Both the position numbers and the translations under genes were made by a program. The notes under the pieces were generated by a model. That model saw only the letters and a list, made by a program, of their open reading frames with translations, was not told where the DNA came from and made no database searches. From Lingula anatina (taxonomy: Eukaryota > Animalia > Brachiopoda), in NCBI GenBank assembly GCA_051362555.1, contig CM120644.1:22404534-22468533 (forward strand): a DNA stretch of 64,000 nucleotides, written 5' to 3'. Positions 37,041-49,121 of this stretch are shown here, piece by piece (position 1 is the first letter of the stretch; the number at the start of each line of letters is the position of its first letter).

Positions 37041-39018
37041 TGGGGGTAAGCGAGAGTGTGGGTGAGTGGGTATGTGGGTCGGTTTGTTTGGTGAGCTGAT
37101 TGGGGTTGTTTTGTGAATGCTTGATGTATGTTAATTCTCATTTTTGGTTTTGAGTCATGTATTCAAGGTGTTCGCCATGAAGCTTGAACAGGTTGTTGTT
37201 TCTAAAAGTTTTGAATCGCACAGCTGAATAGCTACGTATTGGTTTATTTATATCTATTAATACATGAAGTGCGTGTCTATATTCCACAGCCATATTCTAG
37301 AATTAATTTAATTGAAGTACAAAAACGAACATTTTGAAGTATGATTACATACAGTTGTAGGACGATTAAATGAAATGTTAAAGCCCAAGTAGTTTTGACA
37401 CAAACCCTAGACATTTTAAAATATTATCTTATAGTTTCTTTTTTTACAGCACGAAACCATCCCTGTTTTAATTACCGCCATTGCAGATACTCTGAAAAAT
37501 GTGTCCCCACGGGAAGCCGAGACGGATACGGTTACAGGTGCGACTGTAGGGAGGGCTATATTCCCAGAGATAATGGACGCGGATGCCGGCGTAAGTTTTA
37601 GGTGCCCTGTTCGAAGTATAATGTTTCACGATATACTGTGTTTGTGTTCCCTTGGGGTATGCAGGGTTTTGCACCCCCACCCCCCGCCGCCGTGCCCCTT
37701 TCCTTTCGCTGGCAAAGCTACAGCAGTAGATACATGTACATTTGATATCATGTAATATTAAAAGAGCACAGTGATAGAAGAATTGGTTGTTTTTTTGCTT
37801 TTGTTTTGCATTATTTTCATAATTGTATATTGCATTTAGCCTGGCGCTATGACCCGAATCCTGAAGTTCACGGGTTCCATAGCATTAACGGTGACTGCAC
37901 TTGTTTTGCAAACACTCTCGATATTGCATCTCTAGCATTCCATTCCCCAGAGTATCAAAGTAGTGACAATTTCTAAAAAAGTAAGATGCTTCTCCACTTG
38001 TTGAGCAGCCTTGCTTACCATATCAATGTTTTTATAAACGTAACTAAAATAATAATTTAACAATCTGTTAACATCGATTCTTGCATCAGTTGATCCCTGT
38101 GAAAACAATGGCGGGTGCAGTGACGTCTGCATAGCTAACTGGCCTTCTCGCACGTGTGGCTGCGGTGTTGGTTACAAGCTTGACGGTGACCAAAAGACAT
38201 GCATAGTAAGCAAAATTTTCAATTTCTCCTTATGGACACACATATTTACTTTTGTTCATTTTTGGCAGTTTTTGTTTACAAAATTTTCACAATCAGCACA
38301 CATTGTGCTCCTTTATTTGTATTATTACCACCGCCAAGGAGGTTATGTTTTCATCAACATAACTCAAATTTTGATGAAATTTTCAGGAACTGTCAGAAGT
38401 GGGCCAAGGAGGAGGTGGTAAGTTTTGAGAAGTGATCCGGGAAGTGAAACATGACGCTTTTGCTCCGTTTTTATACTAATAGTTTCCACAACGACAATTC
38501 TAGAAGTCGGCGTGACGTCACAAAATGGCGACCGCCTTAACAACCATTTGATCGGGGACGATTTGATGCGACTTCCGGTTTCCCCCCATAGTTTGTAGTG
38601 GACGGGCGATTAAAAATTGCTCATCAAAAAAGAGTGGTTTGCTATATTTAAACAACTTTTAACTTCACAGCAGCGTAACAGTATGATGAGGGACTATCTC
38701 CAGAAGCACAGAAGAGATAAAAAGAGAAACTAGAGCTTAGCATTTTGGATATTTCTCCGCAAAAATTTCCTGCAGACGCGTGGGTGAACGATCGCAAGGG
38801 CAGCGAAAGGAATGGCCAATGCGTGTAGAGTAGCTTATTATAGATTAGTATAACCTCTTTATCATACCCCCCCCCCCCCCAGAAATTGTGTACTTGCTAT
38901 TTTAAAGAAAGTGAACGATTCAATAGTTTGATATACGATTTAATCAATGAATCCTTTTCTCATTTAGTTGACAGTTTTATTTCGTGTTTTACTCTCTTTT
39001 TTTGTCATTTTATAGTAA
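32740..39018 (+). CDS. Secreted multi-EGF protein (8 EGF-like domains including one calcium-binding EGF, Thr/Pro/Arg linker), about 421 aa
   Basis: Exons 32740-32793, 33402-33420, 34002-34151, 34599-34739, 34979-35230, 35781-35900, 36298-36417, 36843-36992, 37450-37590, 38090-38205, plus a tentative last exon starting with TAA at 39016 (AATAAA 39054); signal MQAGRLLNVLILATFAILETCG; six-Cys EGF exons; DVDEC...CxNxPGSFRC cbEGF. The 3' end is uncertain. Confidence 0.82.
38323..38442 (+). mobile_element. Possible Helentron/HINE-like non-autonomous fragment (second copy about 53722-53842)
   Basis: Begins TTATTACCACCGCCAAGGAGGTTATGTTTTC, which resembles HINE-type starts I recall from aquatic animal genomes; not verified. 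Confidence 0.4.
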
Positions 39019-39518
39019 ATACATATATGTACAATTCACCTTAAAACTGCAAGAATAAATATAATTTTTATTATCATCAATATACTAGCTTCACTATAAA
39101 GTCAGTATTACAAGCTATCTGTTCTGAATTTTTCTTTAATTATAAAAAATAGGTTTTATCCGCTTTTAGGGGAGCGACACGATAGAGTTATCGTGGCTCA
39201 AAATTTAGAAATATTTAATGTGTATCGTTTATTACTTTAACCAGGTAGACCGAAAAAGAATAAATTACACTCAATTAAGCTCATGTAAAAATCTTGTGAA
39301 AGCGATGCGGTAGTTGTGACACCGGTATTACAACCTAGTATGCTCTGATCAATTTGAATGTTAGAGTGGATGTTGGTTTTAGCGCATTTTGTCCGTTTTG
39401 ATGCACCGGCGGAACGCCTTCCTTGCGACATTTTTCTCTCTTTGGCCGTGTTCTCTGTCACAAGTGTGTGTTGGCTTTGCTTTGTTTTTTACTTGAATCG
39501 TGTTTGTTAATGATGCGG

Positions 39519-39557
<39 letters not shown>

Positions 39558-39713
39558 GGGAGGGGGTTTAGATCGCCCACCTGTAATAAAGATGCACAAT
39601 CACACAAACTGTTAAGTGGCCGAACAACAAGGCTTAACTTGCGCATTTCTCTCTGATATATAAAATGCATTCCTTGTTTAGAGGAACGCTAGAGCTTTGT
39701 ATAATCCACTAAT

Positions 39714-39759
<46 letters not shown>

Positions 39760-40108
39760 TTAAAACAAAGAGACGGATGTCTTGTATCTGCATGTTTTTA
39801 TCTTTACGTAAACCCAACATGGAAAATATTTTTACTCGGACAGTAAAAGATTCTATACACGTTTTAGCTGATTCCACGTTTTAATAGTCACAAGATAAAT
39901 AGGTGACAATATTGTTGACAAACAATTGTAGACATGCAGCGGTGACCACTCAATGGACAACGTCCATGAAAGAGCTATTTGAGACCGAATACGCTTTATA
40001 AAACGCATTGTGATATCAACATTTTAATATTATTGCTGCAAAGCAGTTTATAATTATACCGAGTCCGTTTAATGAACAAATATCTACGATGAAGGCCGCG
40101 TTTGTTTT

Positions 40109-41374
40109 CTACCCTTGGATTCTGAAACCACTGAACATGTTCCAACGATTAGTCAGCCTCGAGAGCGTGCGGCTGGCCACGGCGGCCGACGGGAACTCAT
40201 AGATGAACTTCTCTTTCGGTTCGGAAGCCATAGACTCGACTTCTTTTCGGGCAGAACTGTTGGCTTGGTTGACGCCGTCTCCGATGGGCACCACGTAGAT
40301 GAGGACGTTGTCCCCTGCAACATAATACACTCCGTCTTTACTTGTAGATGATATAGTTCTCTCTCTTCCCTCCTCTCTCTGTCTCTCTCTCTCTCTCTCT
40401 CTCCGTCCCCCCTCTCCCTCTCTCCGTCTCTCTCTCTCTCTGTTCCCCGTCTCCCTCTCTCCGTCTCTTTCTCTCTCTCTCATGCACAACTACAGAGCTG
40501 TAAACCAAAAGAATCGCTAATAGTGACATTTGACCAAAATGAACGAGAACTCCAATAGGTTTACATCTTGTGAAGCCCCATATAAATTAACCTGGCAGTT
40601 TTTGACACCAAAGTAACCGTTAATATAAGTCGTTCATTATTTTACATTGGAATGGAGGCAGAGGAATATCACCCTGAGCTTCAGAGCTAACTTGACACTA
40701 ACCTTTTTCACTGTAGCCTATCTCCATCGTGTCAAGTAACCTCTGACCAGATTCGAGTGCCCCCGCCGCCCGCCAATCAAATTTAAAGCCCGCACTCAAT
40801 GACTCATTGAACGATCTAGCCAATGAACGCGAACGAGTCAAAGCGCGCTTTGTTCAAATCCGGACCAATCAAAGATAAGGCTGAATATCAGGGACTTGCC
40901 GTAATCTGTGGGCAGCACGCAAAATACATCATCCCTCAGTAGATAATGATGCAGGGCATCATACTGCTCTGGTTTCAATTCCGATATACTCCACGCTTTC
41001 TTTGTGTACGGTTATGCACTCGGAACCACTCGGAACTACTCGGATGTCTCCGCACTCGACAATAACTATGTTGTTAGTATGGAGCTTGCGGAATCAGCCG
41101 AGGATTGCCGATTGACGATCAACCAATCAGCGTTTTCACCAAACTTTGGTGAAAAATTTTGAAACATGGATTCGATTGGCTTATATAAAATAGGTCAAAC
41201 TATTTTCGTCAGAGGTTACTTGACACGATGGAGATAGGCTACAGTGAAAAGGTTAGTGTCAAGTTAGCTCTGAAGCTCAGGGTGAGGAATATCCACGTCC
41301 AGGGAAAATACTGCCTACGAGTACATGATAAGCATGTTTTACAAGGACGTTCCCATATAGCGCTAAGGGGTTGC

Positions 41375-41406
<32 letters not shown>

Positions 41407-42701
41407 CAACCCCCAGGGGTACAAGTAGTTGCCAGAGCAGTCACCTTGGAAATATCTACGCTATTGCTAATACTGTACTTTAAAATTGTTAACGTTTAAG
41501 ATGGAAAGGAAAGTGCAGTCACAATACTAACGCCTTAAGGCTGCGGCGGGGATCCCCGGTTTGGGCTGCACGTTAGACTGACCATCCGTGAGCACCCAAA
41601 TCATCTTCACTCTGCTCGGGTCGCTGCCTTGGAACACCTCTTTGGCTTTCTCCAGGGCTGTTCCCGTAGCTGTCCAGCCTCCTGAATTAGATATAAAATA
41701 TTCAGTGCTCTTTAAAATGGATAAATACACAGTGGGTAAATCAATGTACGATTAGAGGGTAAACAACTTTTCGTATTTGACAAATATGTTTTTTCCCGGA
41801 TTAAACGACAATTTTCACATATCCAAGGTTATTCAAAATTAGTAGTTGTTTTTTTTTTTAGAACACCTTTTTTGATTGTTTTTGTAATAATCTCTTAGAC
41901 CCCATTCCCACAGATATTTAGATCGATCTATACCCCTGTTGAGTCTCACTAGATTGGTGTCAGATTAAGCGGCTTAAATATCTGTCCCGCCTACTAAAAG
42001 CTGTAAAGGGGTAATTAACTACCGTGCGTGATCGGCTGACGGCAATTTAGCGTGAACCCCCAGGGAGTTAGGTCGATCTAGTTGGATCGATCAAAATCTC
42101 TGGGAATGCGCTCTTAGAGATTATCACAGAGAGTAAGTACCTATGGAGGCAAGCACAGATCCCAGAATAATTTGCGACAATCGCTGTTTTGGAGGTAAGA
42201 ATGGAATTCGTGTTATTTTAATGAGCTGTTTACAAAGTATTTATTTGGAAGGGATCTCTTACTAAGAGATGTTAAGTAAATGAATGACTGACTGACAACA
42301 TAAATTAATGTATTTAATTAAATGAAATAAAATGTCATAAGGGATTGTTTTAGGGGAGAAATGTTCTCAAATAAAATGTCCTTTTACATCTTTAGAGAGC
42401 AAACGATCTATAATGTATAATAACATAACCTGAAAGATTCAAAATTTAAGTTTATGATCAAAATCATCAGAATGAAATACTACTGTGAGTTTTAACTTAA
42501 AAGGCTCAACGGCTGGTAACCTTTATCATGAGTAAGGGCATCGATCGCCAACTTGACCTGGAGTTCAGTTGTTTTGGCGCCAAAACCAAACTGCATATTG
42601 GTTTGAGATATTTGTGAAAACTTCATGACAGCGATGCGTGATCCACCCGGCTGTATGGGGGTCTGGTCGTGTACCACGGTCACGACGTCCTGGAAGATAC
42701 C

Positions 42702-42733
<32 letters not shown>

Positions 42734-44114
42734 AAATAAATAAATAAATTAAATTAAAACACCCTACCGAACGAATGTTTTTGCTATTAAACTTCCATAT
42801 AATTTAATTGAATTATGATCTACATGTATAGTATTACTGGCATCGATTTTATTACAATAAGGTGGATATCTTTCCCAATTATGTGGTTTCTCATTAAAAA
42901 GTCATAATCTCCCACACATGAAAAACAACTCTTTTACTTATACCGTTTGGCTTCCTTATACTGCTACTGCATTTCGTAATATGGTGCACGCTGTAAGAAA
43001 ATGTAGTCTCTCCCCTCTCCCCTGATGACGGCACATCCTGTAACTGTAAAAGGCACATTTTCTTGTCTAGTAGTACGTATATTTACTTAATCTACAACGT
43101 AATTTGTGGCACTAACCTTCATAGCCTGCTTCAGGGCGTAAAACTCGCTATCTAAGATGCTGCCGCTGCTGTCCAACAGAAACAAGAGGTCCACTTTGAG
43201 GATACCTGAACCTGAACCTGAGGCGCCACTGCGGTGAAGTCCTCGGAAATCCCCTGACGGACGCAGACGGCTGATGAAGCCAGACCTTATAGCGGATTCC
43301 ACGTCCTGCTCGCTTCTGTACACACTCACTGTTAGGATGGAAGACAGACGAGTTAAATCATATCCCAGGCCGTGCTAGCTGTCACAGAATTGGGAAGGGC
43401 AATTTGGTGACAGCTAGACATGTCGCTGGTACAGAGCAGTTTAAGGTCGCATTCAGAACAGATGATCCGCGGACCAACTTGTTCTGAATGCGCTCTAATA
43501 CCAACTTGTTACGGCTTGTCAAGCCCTGGCATATACCCTGTACATCTAAATAGTTTATATAAATATAAATGAACAGATTGACTTCCACCAATAAAATGGT
43601 CAATCTAATGACCAACATTATCACTCTCGTAACATTACACAGTGGGCAAGAATGCGTTTGAATGATTAACACGGCGTTTACGTCCTTTAAAGATTTTAAG
43701 AAAATCATTGCAGACATTAGCCAGGGCCTTGCATTTGCCAGCCTGATTTAAAACAGCTTCACAAGCCATGAATAACTATAGGCACACCTTTTCATAAATG
43801 TGCACAAGGGCACATTGTTAATTTTGATGTCTAAATGGCAGCTACAGGTAGCTAGGCTCGTTTTGGGACAAAATAAACAAAAATATATAGCGGTAGACGC
43901 ATCCTTTCTATAAGTTAAATGAAAACAAAATTCTAGACAAATGCATCTTTGATAACGGCGTATAAGTGATATATACATGTACATGTATAATAAAACAGCA
44001 CTAAGTTAAATGGATAAGAAATGAAAATAGAAAAAACAAAAAAATACCTGAATTCACCATCACCACGGCTGCGACCATTGCCAAACATACCCCAGCAACA
44101 TTCGCACTCCACAT
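40109..44114 (-). CDS. Secreted single von Willebrand factor A domain protein, copy A (267 aa)
   Basis: Exons 44114-44048, 43328-43117, 42689-42521, 41681-41532, 40314-40109; 804 nt in frame; signal MWSANVAGVCLAMVAAVVMVNS; DLLFLLDSSGS (MIDAS DxSxS), SRIAVMKFS, GGWTATGTAL, VLTDGQSN. Confidence 0.88.
40670..41284. mobile_element. 615-bp MITE with ~78-bp TIRs (CACCCTGAGC...), 8-bp TSD AGGAATAT
   Basis: TSD at 40662-40669 and 41285-41292; absent from the matching intron of copy B (about 55790). Confidence 0.92.
41898..42113. mobile_element. PIF/Harbinger-type MITE in a vWA intron, copy A
   Basis: TTA flanks; TIR gaccccattccca / tgggaatgcgctc; present at the same site in copy B, so it predates the duplication. 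Confidence 0.75.
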
Positions 44115-44385
44115 ATTCTCTTCCTGACCTGTAACTTCTGTGATGTCTTTATCCTCTGTTCAAACAACTGTGTAGCGTGTACTACTTATGAAATGGCTTA
44201 AATATGAGCGCTGTTCCCAGAACTCCTCTCCAAAACAGGATACGTCTAAGCTTGCAGCCTCCTCATTATACTTCCTACCAGTGTTGTTTTAACGCAGAGG
44301 CCGACTGTTGTGTCTGTTGTGTCATGTTACACGCTACACAGTTGCTTGAATTCTATAATACTGCTCAGAGATATGGGGCTACTCT

Positions 44386-45020
44386 GTGTCAACGGATAAC
44401 TGCCCTACAGAAAAGTTACACTTAAAATTTTGCAAACAAATCCTTGGCCTCCATCAAAACGTATCAAACTATGGTGTATACACTGAACTTGGCCGCTTTC
44501 CCCTCTATACCAAAATACAGTTTGCATCTGTCAAACTATGGTGTAAAATTATTCAAATGTCTGATAATACATTAATGAAACAAGCATACATACAAGAGAT
44601 AAAAAGTTACAAGTTGCTGACCCCCTTTGTTCCATCCGCAGTCCACACTCTCAGACCAGCTTGTATGTCATGGTCTGAGGAGATCCGAAAACTTTTCACA
44701 TTTGGCCTTGGGGATGTGTGGCTTAGCCAGTCACCTCCAAAAACTTCACCACAATTTTCAAACAAAGACAAACTGTCCACTTTAACCAAATATGCAATAG
44801 CAAACTTCAAGCCAACAGTAAATTGTCTCTCTTCCGTATACTTAACCAAAAGTGTGAAAGGGCAACTTATGTTGATAAAATGACAAATTATGACACTTTG
44901 TCAACCCTTGCTAAACTACGTCTAAGCGACCATAAACCCACATCGAAACTGGGCGGCACACCAGGCCAAAAACTGAAAGGTGCGACAGAATCTGTCGCCT
45001 GTGCACCTTCAGTGTCCTTA
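44386..45020 (+). mobile_element. Frameshifted 3' fragment of a non-LTR retrotransposon ORF2 (RTE-X/L2-like C-terminus)
   Basis: EKLHLKFCKQILG...YTELGRFPL...KLWCKI, then across frameshifts LAKLRLSDHK / HIETGRH...DRICRLC (post-RT region and Cys motif). Confidence 0.7.
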
Positions 45021-46319
45021 AACGTCGGCAAAAGGAGGCACAAGCGACGTCCATTGGAGACAGCTGTATGACCGAGATTGACAGTAAAATAGTGTACTGG
45101 CTGGTTGCGTGGCTCAGTTGGTAGAGTTCTCGCACGCGGCGTGAACGTTCTGTCCATCACCCCTATACGACCTGAGAGGCCAGCTTCCAACTTCTCACGG
45201 CCCCACATAGGAGACACAAATGTAAAATGTATCAACAAAGAATATACATGATTGTCTTTATTCATCTTTTTTGTTTATCATTTTAAAACATTTGATAACG
45301 TTGAAGGGTAAAATAATTAACGTCAGCGTAATAAAACCTTAAAACAAACAATTCTGTCAATTTAGCTATATTTTAAATATCTTCAAGTGTTAGTCTAAGC
45401 GTCATTGTATTAAACAAAGCTTTAAACACATAATACCTAATTGCGTATTTACTGAAAAGCCAAATTATGTTTTCTGCTTTCGCTTCATATTGCGTTTAAA
45501 TGAGTCAGCATGGTGAAATGAGATCCAGTTTTGTCATTAACTGCAAAATCCGGGTTTACAGTTAATGGCACGTGTTGGGAACGGGTTTCATAGAAGAAAC
45601 TACCGTAAGTCGTAAAATAATCTTGACTTTTCAATGGAGGGCGTGTGTATACATTGATAAGTTTACTTAAGTAAAGCTACAAGAGAATCTTAACCCTGCT
45701 TTAAAAAGATGAGAAATGACAAATGAGTCAACTACGTAAAATCACCTTATTTTGGTGAAGTACTTTAGATACACATGTGATTGGAATAAACTAACATTTT
45801 TCTGTTTTCTAGTCTTTATTTGAAGCCGAGTCCTGTTCTGTAAGTTTACGCAGCTTTTAGCAGAAAGTAATACGGTAATAAATTAAAACTTTCAAATGCC
45901 TTACTTTTTTAATATTTATCATTTTCGACTTGCTAATGACAACACTGTAATCTCAGACACAAATCCAACTGACCTAGCAAACTTTTTTTATCGTTTTACG
46001 TGCTTAAAACAAAATATGATTTTTGGGGGAAAGAATACATTCGTGTTGTGCGAATGTATTTGTTGTGAATATCGTCATACATCCGGAACTCAATCACGCG
46101 GTTTTCCAAAGAAATAAGATGTCCTGGAGAGGAAAAAACAGGTTTTATAGGGGCTTGGAAACTTGATTCTGTAATTATAACTAAGTAAGACAAATAAAAA
46201 ATAAAAGATATACAGCAGAAGCTTGACAAGTGTTAGTGCTTATCGAACTCCTGTTTCCTGCAGACTTTCGGAAAATCGTGTTGTACTGGCAGTAAACAGG
46301 ATGTGATCACTTTGACTTA

Positions 46320-48633
46320 AGGCTGGGTCACACTGCGCTTGCAACCTTTTGGCAACCTCTTTGTAACCACAAAATCTGGTGGTCGCTTGCGATCACTTTG
46401 CGACCTAATATGCATATTTTGATCGGCAAGCAGTTGCTAACCGGTTGCAACAAGGTTACAGTATGGTATCTGCAACCTCTTACAGACAATCTTCAAGTCA
46501 GAGGTTACCAGTCGCACACCGTTAGGCGAGCGATAAACAAGCTGTCAGCAACCACTTGGAGACTGAAAACCGGTTGCAGGACTGTAGCGATCGCTTGCCA
46601 ACTGGTAGCAGCAAGGTTGCACAGACTATATATATTTTATAAGTTGTGACGATAGCTACCTTCTCGTAAATTTCCCTCTCGGATGACAACAGAGGGAATA
46701 TCTTAAACATTATTATACAACGATTGGATCCATTCCGTGGCAGCTTCAAATGATTTAATATTTTGAATATTAAAGTATGATTCTGCTATGAGATTCTGTT
46801 ATAACGTCCCAGTCGATTTCTGTACTACCAATATTGTCAAACTTACAATAATAAATAAGAAATATATTTGTACTATATATTGGCATATATATCAAACCGG
46901 TGGTGTAATAAAACACATATTTGTATTTGTGCAGCACCGAAAACCTCCTGGCGACCGAAAAGCCTTTTTGTGGTATTCAACCGGTTGCTAAAAGGTCGCC
47001 GACTGCATAGCAACTGATTTGCGACCGATTGTGTGGTTTTCCCTTTGTCTTTGTAGCCCCAAGCGTTACACTTACAATACAACATCATTAAATAGTGAAG
47101 GATCCTGCGCGTCATCAATTTGTTTCCGTCCTTGTGGTACGCATTCTAAGTACTGGGAGGAAGTTAATTTGTATTTATTTGACCTTCTTTATATTGGTGA
47201 CACTGTTTTATTGTTATAAAAATGCCTGATAATTAAATTTATTGTAAAAAGTATGAATCAAACTTTGCTATTTACTTTTTTCTCTGCGCCCGCCTATTTG
47301 CTTAATTTTTCTTCCATTGTGACTTGGCAAATTAAAAAAAGTAAGATATTTCCGGCTGCTTTAGAAGTTTAGTCATTAAAAAATGTTACCAGTAAATTTG
47401 ACAACAATCTAAAATTAGAGACCTAAAAATTGCACTTTAATAATAATGCAGATAAACAGTGCATTTATGATACTTTCTTCTATTATCTGTGCCGTTTTGT
47501 TCCTGTATCACTTTTTATACATTATTCTAATATTAGGCCTTTGCTAATAACACATAGTAGCTTAAGGCAAAAGAACTGAGAAAAGGTGGACAGTAGCTTA
47601 CCAGTGGTTCCTATTTTGCTTGCTTTTTTCATCAAGGAGACAATCTTTCTTTGATTTGTTTTTAAAGTCTTTCAATTGTTGGTAATAGAAAAACTCGTTT
47701 TCCTTAAAAAACTCAACTAATTCTTCTTCCTCTTTAATAGTAAATTTAGCCTCCCATTCTTTCGGTTGATCCTCTTCGTGGGAAGCAGAGTCTGTGTTGG
47801 AACTTGGTGAAGAACTTTCTTCACAGGCATTTGCTTTCTCAAAATACATTCTGGCCACCCTTCCCACGCTGTTGGATGACATACTTGGGACTGAAGACAC
47901 GGGCTCAGCGGCTTCTATTTATAACACTTTTAGTCAAGTATGGTGGCTGATAGGGACTCTTACATTTATTTATTTTATTGAAAAAAAAATACTTATGAAA
48001 ACCTTGTAAATAAATTTAAAAGGATGACAACAAATACAATCTACGTTTTAATTGATAAATAACGATTTTTGTCAAGATATTTAGAAGGCCTTAATGGCAT
48101 GATATAAATGAAAAATATATTTATATATTTAGTGGACGCTCATCATCCTACGCTTATTTTATCACGGTTGCTTGCAACCTACTCGAGACATGTTTTCGAG
48201 TGCATGCGAGCTGTAAGAAACCTGTTAGAGACCAAGCGACTAAAGACCGTTAATCGACCATGAAGTTTCAACTGCAACCTGCTGGCGACCTGCTGCCCAC
48301 CGCTTGCAACCGGTTAGTAACCTGTTTGCAACTAAGCGACTAAAGACCGTCAATCGACCGTGCAGTTACAGGTGGTATGCGACTGGTTTTAGTCTGGTTA
48401 CAGCGACCTACTGGCAACCAAGAGGTGACCTATAGGCAACCTCTCAGTTTCCAATCGTTTTTATTATCAGTCGCACTGGTTGTCGGTGCAAAGAAAATGG
48501 CCTTCGTGTGTCAACGATCGCAGGCGACCTGTTTGCAACCTAATGCGACCACTTTAAAACCTATGGCAACCTCCTTGCGACTGAGGTTGCAAAGAGGTTG
48601 CCAAAAGGTTGCAAGCGCAGTGTGACCCAGCCT
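46320..48633. mobile_element. Non-autonomous PIF/Harbinger transposon, TTA TSD, retaining a MADF/Myb-SANT-like gene fragment
   Basis: TIR AGGCTGGGTCACACTGCGCTTGCAACCTTTTGGCAACCTCTTTG; TTA at 46317-46319 and 48634-48636; many subterminal GCAACC/GCGACC motifs; absent from copy A. Confidence 0.85.
47598..47900 (-). pseudogene. MADF/Myb-SANT-like DNA-binding domain fragment inside the Harbinger element
   Basis: FTIKEEEELVEFFKENEFFYYQQLKDFKNKSKKD resembles the MADF N-terminus; followed by a GTAAG donor; no transposase seen. Confidence 0.6.
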
Positions 48634-49022
48634 TTAACTGCACCTTCACAGAGATACATGAATAACATGCATCGAAACAAGCATTTTTTTTTTTTGTGTG
48701 TGTGTGTGATTGTGTGTGTGTTTAAGTATGAAGGCTGAAAAGGCGAAATAAAAGAACAGAGCACATATCCCAGTGCAGACACAACAATTCTTACTAAAAT
48801 TCCAAGGGTAATAAGTTTACATGTCTGGAGAAATAGTTGAAATAGTTGTCGTGGATGAAATGGAGCGTACCCTAAAATTCAGGGCTCAGTATGTTTTGTT
48901 GTTTTAATAATAGATCTCAGAGCAGTTAAGTTTTAAACTCGTCCGTATCCCCATTGCTTTTTATTGCTAAACAGTGCCGCTGCACGGCAAAGAGCGCCAT
49001 AGGTTACAACTCTCAGTTCACA

Positions 49023-49081
49023 ATGCAGGCAGGTCGTTTGCTGAATGTGTTGATACTGGCTACGTTCGCCATACTGGTAAG

Positions 49082-49121
<40 letters not shown>

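Larger units (their letters stand above)
31424..44330. repeat. Segmental duplication copy A (EGF gene plus vWA gene)
   Basis: Colinear, highly similar to 45069-60740 in exons and introns apart from copy-specific insertions and deletions. Confidence 0.9.

Noticed and set aside
38776-38787. Alternative last EGF exon (cctgcag|ACG CGT GGG TGA)
   Set aside because: Lies in a segment missing from copy B and has no nearby polyA signal; the 39016 acceptor is shared by both copies. Not fully excluded
43382-43717. 111-aa minus-strand ORF as an extra vWA exon
   Set aside because: Has a 10-bp indel relative to copy B and ends in a stop; exon 1 splices in frame directly to the strong acceptor at 43329
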